From a virus, in the IMG/VR virus record IMGVR_UViG_3300026484_000002, positions 1 to 64,000 of that record: 64,000 nt of DNA. One strand, given 5' to 3'. Shown piece by piece: positions 9,429 through 17,016 of the stretch. The notes beneath the pieces were generated by a model. It made no database searches. It saw nothing but the letters and a program-made list of their open reading frames with translations, and had not been told where the DNA came from. The stretch's first letter is position 1, and every line of letters begins with the position of its first letter. The translations under genes were made by a program, and so were the position numbers.

Positions 9429-9465
9429 AAAAAAAAAAGAAACTTAACCGAATTAACGGTTAAGT
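9429..9465 (-). terminator. rho-independent terminator
   Basis: ACTTAACCG-TTAATT-CGGTTAAGT followed by TTC and T10 on the minus strand. Confidence 0.8.
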
Positions 9466-9474
9466 CTTGGATCT

Positions 9475-9528
9475 CTATTTAGCCCAATGAGGACTGATAT
9501 AGGATCCATCATCTGAATCATAATTCAT
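9475..9528 (-). CDS. mini-ORF (17 aa)
   Basis: AAGGAG SD, MNYDSDDGSYISPHWAK, just before the terminator. Confidence 0.35.
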   Translation of the reverse strand: MNYDSDDGSYISPHWAK

Positions 9529-9570
9529 AACATCTCCTTTTGTATATATAATGTATAGCATAGAATTGGA

Positions 9571-9915
9571 TTACTCCAACTCTTCTGCTACATCTTTCAG
9601 AAATGACTCTGAATATTTATTAGACATAGTGTCTAATATTTCAGTGTTTTTAGACGCTTTAGATAGCGCCTTGAGTTTGATATCTCTACGGATATCATTC
9701 TCTTTTAGCATCAGTTCGCTATCTCGTAGCGTATCTTCTGCATAATTGTTTACTACTTTTAAGGCAGTATTAACAAACAGTCCTGTATTTTCAGTAATCT
9801 CTTTACCTGACTCTACTGCTGTTACGGTAATTGATGTTAGCGCCTGTACATTAATGTTAGCAGCTTGTGCTAAACCTGTAACTGATTTTGAAATCTCTTT
9901 TGTGAATGATGCCAT
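9571..9915 (-). CDS. hypothetical early protein
   Basis: 114 aa, AAGGA SD, downstream of the repeated motif. Confidence 0.75.
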   Translation of the reverse strand: MASFTKEISKSVTGLAQAANINVQALTSITVTAVESGKEITENTGLFVNTALKVVNNYAEDTLRDSELMLKENDIRRDIKLKALSKASKNTEILDTMSNKYSESFLKDVAEELE

Positions 9916-9922
9916 AATGGAT

Positions 9923-9961
9923 CCTTATTTAATTTAGTTTGTACCTTCTACAATGAGAAGG
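9923..9961 (-). promoter_or_regulatory. putative early (vRNAP) promoter, copy 2
   Basis: + strand CCTTATTTAATTTAGTTTGTACCTTCTACAATGAGAAGG; CCTTCT/AGAAGG stem. Confidence 0.6.
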
Positions 9962-9977
9962 TTATATGTATTGGATC

Positions 9978-10259
9978 CTAATGAGATCCAAGTAGAAGTT
10001 CTTGCATAACTGCACTGGTTACATCTTGGGCAAATTGTTTGCCATAGATAGTCTCCAAAGTCATAGAAGGTTGTCCTTCTACAAGTGCATACTTAGTATT
10101 AATAATAGAAGCATAAGTATGTTTGCTATTAATGATAAGCATCAATTGTTTGTCACCTTTTGCACTGAACAACTTAGTGCTTTTCCATACAGATAGAACC
10201 AACTCAATAGTAGATGTATACAGCTCGTAAGTGAGCTCAACTTTAGATGTATTAGACAT
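9978..10259 (-). CDS. hypothetical protein, first gene of the early arm
   Basis: 93 aa, AAGGAG SD. Confidence 0.7.
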   Translation of the reverse strand: MSNTSKVELTYELYTSTIELVLSVWKSTKLFSAKGDKQLMLIINSKHTYASIINTKYALVEGQPSMTLETIYGKQFAQDVTSAVMQELLLGSH

Positions 10260-10267
10260 GATAGTCT

Positions 10268-10311
10268 CCTTGTTTAATTTAAGTACAGATGTACCTCTCT
10301 CAATGAAGAAG
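10268..10311 (-). promoter_or_regulatory. putative early (vRNAP) promoter, copy 1
   Basis: + strand CCTTGTTTAATTTAAGTACAGATGTACCTCTCTCAATGAAGAAG. Confidence 0.55.
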
Positions 10312-10442
10312 TAATACTACATAATAGATCCATATGTCATACAAGCTAAGGGGAAAGATGATGTCTATATATATAAATTGCTGTATATATGTATGTAAGG
10401 GGGGGGGCACTCCTTTGTGAATGTGTTGAATGTGTGTAGAAC

Positions 10443-10700
10443 TACTCTTATTCACGAAAATATGTTTTTTTACTTAAATCTCATTCTGACTTTTTTTCAC
10501 AATACTTTTACTTTTATTCACGAACAAAAAAAATTTACTTATAAAATTTCTACTCTTTTGTGCAAAAATATTATTTTTTTTCACTAATTTCTCATTCTAC
10601 TTTTTTGCACGAATTACAAATTTCTCATTCTGACTTTTTTGTGCAAACATAGAATTTTTTATCTATTAAGTCCAATATCTGCTTTTTTGTACGAACATAG
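10443..10700. repeat. array of about 7 degenerate direct repeats
   Basis: TTTCTCATTCTGACTTTTTTG(T/C)(G/A)C(G/A)AA-like units, e.g. near 10478, 10588, 10621, 10677. Confidence 0.7.
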
Positions 10701-10745
10701 AGTACCCATAAAAGTATTACTATTTTATGTATTAATATATGCTTC

Positions 10746-10773
10746 TTGCAAATAGATCCAATAATGGTATAAT
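10746..10773 (+). promoter_or_regulatory. sigma70-type promoter
   Basis: TTGCAA-N16-TATAAT with extended TG. Confidence 0.6.
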
Positions 10774-10826
10774 TTGTAAACTCAAAGGAGAACCAATGAG
10801 TATGGATCCAATATTAAGGATAAACA

Positions 10827-10970
10827 ATGCAGAGAGGTAAAATATATTATGTCCATCATTATTGCAGTAACTGCAAAGATAGTTTATTGATGGTTCTGAT
10901 TGATGGGATAATCAAATGTCCACAATGTGAGACTATAGTGTATAAGAAGGAACGGAAAGATGATAAATAA
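10827..10970 (+). CDS. small zinc-ribbon protein (47 aa, not in ORF track)
   Basis: CSNC-x14-CPQC; AAGGA SD; overlaps start of next ORF. Confidence 0.65.
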   Translation: MQRGKIYYVHHYCSNCKDSLLMVLIDGIIKCPQCETIVYKKERKDDK

Positions 10971-11211
10971 AATAATTAATTGTGCAAAATCAATAATATA
11001 TAATTTCAAAAACAATAATTCATATGTAAATTTAAATGTTTTATTTGTAGAAATAAAGATTAAAAAGAAATGCGATAATGAAACTTATTATGCTAAATTA
11101 TTTGATTATGAATACGATATATTTTTTACAGTGGGAACAGAAAGTAAAGATAAAGCTGAAGTCATAAATGAAGCAGAGATATTTCTAAATAAACTTGAAT
11201 CCGAAGATTAA
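10960..11211 (+). CDS. hypothetical protein
   Basis: 83 aa, coupled to the upstream ORF. Confidence 0.6.
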   Translation: MINKIINCAKSIIYNFKNNNSYVNLNVLFVEIKIKKKCDNETYYAKLFDYEYDIFFTVGTESKDKAEVINEAEIFLNKLESED

Positions 11212-11584
11212 ACAATAGAGATCCAACTAATATACTACTATATAATTTACTATATAGTTATGATTTGGTTCTAAATTATGGTAGAATATGATTATCAGGA
11301 ACCAAGTCTTTTTGTATATATTTCGCACTTATTTCAAATTTCTCCTTATTTAGTGGACCCCTACTATTTTAAAATGTTTTTTTAAACTTGGTTCCTGTAT
11401 AAAATAAAATCCTCCCCCTATAAGCCAAACCTCAAGGTTTGGCTTATCTAAAATTATCCAATCAAAGAAACGAAGATATATGCGGTTGCTAAACATAATG
11501 TTTGCTGAGCTTGCGAAGCGAACATTATATATATCGATTAAGTCTGTTATGCACAATAAAGTATAATAATAAAAAAGGATTGTT

Positions 11585-11758
11585 ATGTTTGGATCCCTAC
11601 TAGACACAAGAATAGAAGTCAGTTATCAATGGCTACCTGACTGGGCTTATGCTGATAGTGAGAAGGATGAGATAAAGAATACTGCTGTTAGATATGATAA
11701 TGATGTTTATGTGGTTCTGGTTAATGTTAAGGAATCTGGTTTATTTTTATTTAGATAA
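11585..11758 (+). CDS. hypothetical protein (57 aa, not in ORF track)
   Basis: AAGGA SD; MFGSLLDTRIEVSYQWLPDWAY... Confidence 0.55.
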   Translation: MFGSLLDTRIEVSYQWLPDWAYADSEKDEIKNTAVRYDNDVYVVLVNVKESGLFLFR

Positions 11759-11890
11759 ATTTAGAGAGAACAGCTCCCAGCTTCGCTTCCCGCTGTTCTC
11801 TATGGGGTGGTGAGGATGTTAAGGATTAAAAAGGTTTTCCTCTATAGACCCCTAAAACATGAGGTTTGGGTCTTAAATCTGATACCTATC

Positions 11891-11988
11891 TGTTCACTAT
11901 ATATAGTAGGTGAACAAAAGTATAAATTCAAATACATAAAATGAGCAAAAAAAAATGAACAAATAAATGCTCTGTTCACAAGTGAACG
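11891..11988. repeat. TGTTCAC/GTGAAC inverted repeats upstream of the ParB-like gene
   Basis: TGTTCAC-N12-GTGAACA (11891) and TGTTCAC-AA-GTGAACG (11973). Confidence 0.6.
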
Positions 11989-12067
11989 GGTTTTTGCCTT
12001 TTTTTACACATCAAATCCCTATAATAAGTGGTTTGAAGGGGCAAATCCTTTTTTAAAATTCAACCTA

Positions 12068-12097
12068 TTGACTTTTGTTCAGTGATTATGATATACT
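12068..12097 (+). promoter_or_regulatory. sigma70-type promoter of the ParB-like gene
   Basis: TTGACT-N18-TATACT with extended TG. Confidence 0.6.
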
Positions 12098-12123
12098 TTT
12101 GAAGATATAGGGAAGTCCCTTAT

Positions 12124-12978
12124 ATGCTTACTTTTAAAGGATTTGAAATGAAAAATGTTTCAGAAGTTTTTACATATGGTTCGCTCACTACACAGCAGGT
12201 AGAGAGCCTTAGATTGTTAGCAGATAATGGTATTTACAAAGAGGATTTTGAAATACTCAAAGAGAATTATAACATAGTAACACTTAATGATGTAAAGGTA
12301 CATAGATTAGTGTTTGAATTAACTCCTCCTATGAATGGAGAAGAGTTTAATGATTTGATTGAAGATATAGCTCAAAATGGTCAAATTGAGCCAATAAAGA
12401 TATGGAAAAAAGCAGGTTCTTTGTTTGTAGTTGATGGCAGAAATCGCATTAATGCCTTAGAAGTGCTTGGCGTTAATTATGTGAAATATGTTGAAGTAAA
12501 TGTATCTTCACTTGAAGATCTAGAAATCAAAATACGCTCTTGGGACAAAAGACGCAAAACTTCAAAATCACAAAAAGCGGTAGTAGCATATCTCGATTGG
12601 CTCAAAAACGCAAAAGTGGATAATCATAACATGTCTTTTTATGCTAAAAAACATGGAGTATCAAAAGCTTTTATTTCTTATTGTAAAACGATTGATGAAA
12701 TTAAAGGCGGAGGTAGATATTTGCTGGATGAAATGTTTAAGACAAGATATATCACTGTTGGATCCAAAAGATACGCTTCATTAAATGCCGCAATAGATGC
12801 ATTAAAAAAGTTAAATGAGGATCAAGGCGAACAAAACCATATAGATGTGCCTGAGAGTGCTAAAGAGATTATAAGACAGCTGCATTTATTAAAAGATAAT
12901 GATGACTTAATATCACTAAGCTATATAATAAAAGATGCTCAAAAATTAATCTCACAGCTAGCAAACAAGGAAAGCTAA
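12124..12978 (+). CDS. ParB/Srx N-terminal domain protein with HTH (likely start MKNVS at 12148)
   Basis: LIEDIAQNGQIEPI...VVDGRNRINA ParB boxes; YAKKHGVSKAFIS HTH-like segment. Confidence 0.8.
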   Translation: MLTFKGFEMKNVSEVFTYGSLTTQQVESLRLLADNGIYKEDFEILKENYNIVTLNDVKVHRLVFELTPPMNGEEFNDLIEDIAQNGQIEPIKIWKKAGSLFVVDGRNRINALEVLGVNYVKYVEVNVSSLEDLEIKIRSWDKRRKTSKSQKAVVAYLDWLKNAKVDNHNMSFYAKKHGVSKAFISYCKTIDEIKGGGRYLLDEMFKTRYITVGSKRYASLNAAIDALKKLNEDQGEQNHIDVPESAKEIIRQLHLLKDNDDLISLSYIIKDAQKLISQLANKES

Positions 12979-13172
12979 TAGTGAATAATAAAAGCTAAAC
13001 AAGGATATATCTCGTCTAGCTTTTATGTATAAGCAATTATCGTTCCAACTTTTGCTATATATGCCAACTTCAAATAATATAACTCCAATCTTTCCAAAAA
13101 ATACCCCATATTAAGAATATATGAAGCCTAATAACTATATTATTGGTCCATAATTAAGCAAAAAGGATTCAT

Positions 13173-13418
13173 ATGGGTAAAAGTGTAGCTCCATTAATGA
13201 CAAAGTTAGTGCAAGAGATGGAAGACTTTAGGATAATAACAAGTAGATTTCCATCAACTATAGTTACCAATACAATGACAGCAAAGCAACTTATGAGAGA
13301 AGCAGAATCAGTAGGAAAACTTACAATTCCAGATACTAATACAATATTATTAGATGGCTTGTTTTTAGCTGTTGGGATCCAAGATAAAAGTCAAGAAATA
13401 AAAATGAGGGTATTATAA
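13173..13418 (+). CDS. hypothetical protein
   Basis: 81 aa, AAGGA SD, stop overlaps the next start. Confidence 0.7.
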   Translation: MGKSVAPLMTKLVQEMEDFRIITSRFPSTIVTNTMTAKQLMREAESVGKLTIPDTNTILLDGLFLAVGIQDKSQEIKMRVL

Positions 13419-14812
13419 TGGTTTACAGTTTAGATACAAATATTCTATTATTGGATGCACATAACTTACATACTATAGGAGACAATAACTCAATAATAGT
13501 TATTCCTGAAACAGTGCTGGATGAGCTTGACAGTAAAAAAAGCGTTCAAGGTGAAATAGGATATCAAGCAAGAGAGTTCGGCAGAATAATGACAGCTGGT
13601 GAATATCTTTCATCAATTGAATATGCAAATCAAGTTACCGTTGTTGAATATAAAGTTCAAGATAAATTAATCAATATAGTATCTCTTAGAGAATATCCAA
13701 GTTATGTAGGTATGGAGCGTAATGTAATTAATGATAGAAAAATCATAGATGCAACTATTGCTTATTCTGAAGTTGCTAAATTATCTGCTCATAATGAATT
13801 AACTTTTATTACTAATGATATAGCTTGTGGGATCAGAGCTCAATCGTTAGGTTTAAAGACTGAGCAATTAAGAGAGGTAGATGATGTGGAGCTTGAATTT
13901 ACAAAAGAAATAACTGTTGATTCAGATACTTTTAAAATGCTACATAATAAAAACATAGCTGATGTAGATGATGATTATCACAAAGGTATCTATAGTTATA
14001 TATTTACAGATAGCAATACAAGGCAAATTAAACCAACAATAATAACTAACAATAAAACAATAAATGTAATAGGAAAAGATACAGATAAGGCATTGCAGCG
14101 TCAAATGGTATCACCTGTAAATTTAGAACAAAAATTAGCTAGCAAGGCTATACAAGATACAAATATAGATATAGTTTTAATAGAAGGTTTAGCAGGTTCA
14201 GGTAAAAACATAATTGCTGTTAGCAATGCTATAAGGTTACTTCAAACAAACAAGGATAAATATGAAAGTATAATTTATATTAGATCCCCAATAAATGATG
14301 AAGAGTTAGGAGAAGATATAGGTTATCTTTCTGGGAATGAAGAAAAAATGTCTATATATTTGGGTCCTATGGAAGACACATTGGATTTTCTAGTTAGGAA
14401 CAATATGGATACTAAGGGTAAAGACATAAATACTATCGATACTTTGGTTGCTCAAAAAATAGATAAATTAGTAGAATCATGTGGTATGTCCAGTATAATA
14501 ACTACAGGACTCAGAGGAAGAACATTTCATAACACAATTTTAATAGTAGATGAAGCTACAAATATGAGTGTTGCTACAATACAGAAAGTTCTTACACGCA
14601 TAGGTGATAATTGCAAATTAATAGTAATTGGATCTCAAAAGCAAATTGATAGCAAATATGTGACTAAATATAATAATGGTATGACTGTACTTCTTGAAGA
14701 AGCTTACAACAATAGCTTAGAAGTGGATATTAAAATGTTTGCAATAGAGTTTACTAAAGTAAAACGCTCACCTATTGTAGAATTTGCTGAAAAACTATTT
14801 AGTAAGCATTAA
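13418..14812 (+). CDS. phoH: PIN-PhoH fusion protein (PhoH2/YlaK-like)
   Basis: PIN motifs LDTNILL, VLDELD, NDRKI, TND; Walker A GLAGSGK; LRGRTF; IVDEA; QID. Confidence 0.9.
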   Translation: MVYSLDTNILLLDAHNLHTIGDNNSIIVIPETVLDELDSKKSVQGEIGYQAREFGRIMTAGEYLSSIEYANQVTVVEYKVQDKLINIVSLREYPSYVGMERNVINDRKIIDATIAYSEVAKLSAHNELTFITNDIACGIRAQSLGLKTEQLREVDDVELEFTKEITVDSDTFKMLHNKNIADVDDDYHKGIYSYIFTDSNTRQIKPTIITNNKTINVIGKDTDKALQRQMVSPVNLEQKLASKAIQDTNIDIVLIEGLAGSGKNIIAVSNAIRLLQTNKDKYESIIYIRSPINDEELGEDIGYLSGNEEKMSIYLGPMEDTLDFLVRNNMDTKGKDINTIDTLVAQKIDKLVESCGMSSIITTGLRGRTFHNTILIVDEATNMSVATIQKVLTRIGDNCKLIVIGSQKQIDSKYVTKYNNGMTVLLEEAYNNSLEVDIKMFAIEFTKVKRSPIVEFAEKLFSKH

Positions 14813-14928
14813 AATAATATGTTTGTTGATGTATATACGACAACAGCTGTTACATTGTCGATTGCAGTCATGGTGGCTGCAATTATGATTAACAAAAATG
14901 AAGAACATAAAAATATTAAGGAATAAGA

Positions 14929-15498
14929 ATGACTTTTGAAATACCAGTAGATAATAATGAATATAGAAGTGTATGGGATAAGCCATTACCAATTGTAACT
15001 GTAAATAATAAATATTATAGAGTATATATTCTTGATGAGATAGGACATATGGCAGATTATGGAGAGTTATTAGATCTTCTTGCAGATTTAGATGAAGATA
15101 GTATAGTTGAGTTTCATTTAAATACTCCTGGTGGAGTATTAGATACAGCCAGTATGATTATGGATGCAATTAAGAATTGCAGAGCTAAAACAATTGGTAA
15201 ACTGAGCGGAACTGTAGCTAGTGCAGGAACAATGCTAGCTTTAGTTATGGACGAAATATATATTGCACCATTTGCTGCATTTATGATTCACGCATGGAGC
15301 GGTGGATCTTCAGGAAAAGCAAATGAGATTAAAGCTCAGCAATCATATATGGAAAAAGAAACAAAAAAATTATTTCAAGTTGTATATGATGGATTTTTAA
15401 CTTCAAGAGAAATCAATAAGATTTTAGCTGGAACAGATATGTGGATGAATAAAGAAGAAGTAGAAAAAAGATTAAGCAATCGTAAAAAAATAGCATAG
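14929..15498 (+). CDS. clpP: ClpP-like serine protease
   Basis: LNTPGG, VASAGT (catalytic Ser), FMIH, DMWM motifs. Confidence 0.85.
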   Translation: MTFEIPVDNNEYRSVWDKPLPIVTVNNKYYRVYILDEIGHMADYGELLDLLADLDEDSIVEFHLNTPGGVLDTASMIMDAIKNCRAKTIGKLSGTVASAGTMLALVMDEIYIAPFAAFMIHAWSGGSSGKANEIKAQQSYMEKETKKLFQVVYDGFLTSREINKILAGTDMWMNKEEVEKRLSNRKKIA

Positions 15499-15733
15499 AG
15501 CTTTAGATTGTATTTAAGATGTATTTAATATACTTAACAGTACAATACGATACAAAACAAATAAAGGACTATAATTATGTTTACAATAATTGATGCATCA
15601 GTATTCAGCAATCAGCAATATAATTATAGTTATTCACAACTATAAAATAGTAGCTACCAAGTAGCTACTGAAAAGTAGTTGCTTGACTTCACAAAAACAA
15701 ATCAACAATTACTTTTCAATATAAAAAACAAAT

Positions 15734-15817
15734 GGGGACCGAAAGCTAGTCGGATCTAGCAGCATGACTGTAAATTATGTACTTCGGTGAGAAGTTCGAA
15801 TCTACCGGTCCCCACCA
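15734..15817 (+). tRNA. atypical tRNA with GTA (Tyr) anticodon
   Basis: GGGGACCG/CGGTCCCC acceptor, CTGTAAA loop, TTCGAAT T-loop, encoded CCA; non-canonical stem lengths. Confidence 0.75.
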
Positions 15818-15822
15818 AATAT

Positions 15823-15897
15823 TCTGGTGTACTCAACTGGTACGAGGTATGACTGTTAATCATAAATATGTAGGTTCGATTCCTACCACCAGAGCCA
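15823..15897 (+). tRNA. tRNA-Asn(GTT)
   Basis: TCTGGTG/CACCAGA acceptor, TATGA-CTGTTAA-TCATA, G73, CCA. Confidence 0.92.
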
Positions 15898-15907
15898 AAA
15901 AAAACAA

Positions 15908-15982
15908 TGAGGTATAGCCAAGCGGTAAGGCAGCAGGTTTTGATCCTGTTATTCGGTGGTTCGATCCCATCTACCGCAACCA
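15908..15982 (+). tRNA. tRNA-Gln(TTG)
   Basis: GCAGG-TTTTGAT-CCTGT anticodon arm, U1-A72, one acceptor mismatch, CCA. Confidence 0.88.
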
Positions 15983-15983
15983 T

Positions 15984-16068
15984 GGATAGTTCGCATAATG
16001 GTATTGCACATCACTGCTAATGATGCGAGGTAATACTCATGTGAGTTCGAATCTCACACTATCCACCA
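15984..16068 (+). tRNA. tRNA-Ser(GCT)
   Basis: GGATAGT/ACTATCC acceptor, CATCA-CTGCTAA-TGATG, long variable arm, CCA. Confidence 0.9.
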
Positions 16069-16199
16069 TATTCATCATCTTCTACACAAATTGACTTCAA
16101 CATATTATTTAGATACAATTGCTACAAAGACTCTATAAGAGGATAATTAAATTATACCCTCAATATAAAATATGCATTAAAATTAATCAAGGAATCAAC

Positions 16200-17015
16200 A
16201 TGCCAGAAGTAAAAGCTAAAGAAACAAAAGTAGATAAAAAAAAGTTACTCAAGCCAGATAGCAGAGCAAGAAAGATGGTCCCAAAAACTTCTCAAAACAT
16301 TACTAAGGAACGACTAGAAGAGATGCTCCCGAGAGGAAGCAAACATAATGTAACAGATACTATATTGGATCTAATTGCTAATATGGAGAATGATACTGGA
16401 TTACCACAGGATATGATGGAAGAAGAAGTTCTAAGTTATATGTTTATTCTTAAAAAGGTAGATAGAGCAAAATTAAGTGAATTAATTAATGCTGTAAAAT
16501 ACTGCAACTTAAAAAGAAACTATAGCAATGAAAAGTCTTGGTCAATAGTATTTCCAGATAAATATGCTAGATTAAAAGAAAATGGTATGCAAATAGATAA
16601 TCATGTATCTATGTATAACAAGAGTGCATTGGTTCAAGAGATAGATAAGGAAATGTTAATACCATTTCATCTTCAGTATGCACCATACGCACATGCAGCA
16701 GTTAAAAAACAGTATGATTTAATGAATGGTAGATCCAGCACTACTGCAGAAGGAGAACCAATGACAGTAACACCTATGGTCCAGCATTTGGCAGCTAAGA
16801 CTTTGTTTGAGATGACTAGTATGCCTGAAACAGCTAAGATTGATCTTACTGTTAGCAAGTCAGAAGAAGAGCTATCAATTCAACAACAAATGAATGATCA
16901 ATTAGCTCAATTAGTTAAGCAGCAAAAACAAAGACTTGAGAGTGGAGAATCAATAGAGGATGTTCAAGTTATAGAAGTTGATTACAGTAATATAACTGCA
17001 GAGAACGGAGACTAA
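16200..17015 (+). CDS. putative terminase small subunit (N4 gp69-like)
   Basis: Directly upstream of the large terminase; AAGGA SD favours start MPEVK at 16200. Confidence 0.7.
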   Translation: MPEVKAKETKVDKKKLLKPDSRARKMVPKTSQNITKERLEEMLPRGSKHNVTDTILDLIANMENDTGLPQDMMEEEVLSYMFILKKVDRAKLSELINAVKYCNLKRNYSNEKSWSIVFPDKYARLKENGMQIDNHVSMYNKSALVQEIDKEMLIPFHLQYAPYAHAAVKKQYDLMNGRSSTTAEGEPMTVTPMVQHLAAKTLFEMTSMPETAKIDLTVSKSEEELSIQQQMNDQLAQLVKQQKQRLESGESIEDVQVIEVDYSNITAENGD

Positions 17016-17016
17016 A

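Noticed and set aside
10443-10700. Repeat array considered as a CRISPR mini-array
   Set aside because: Repeats are degenerate and irregularly spaced, with no unique constant-length spacers and no cas genes
15756-15983. 75-aa minus-strand ORF
   Set aside because: It is the reverse complement of the tRNA cluster
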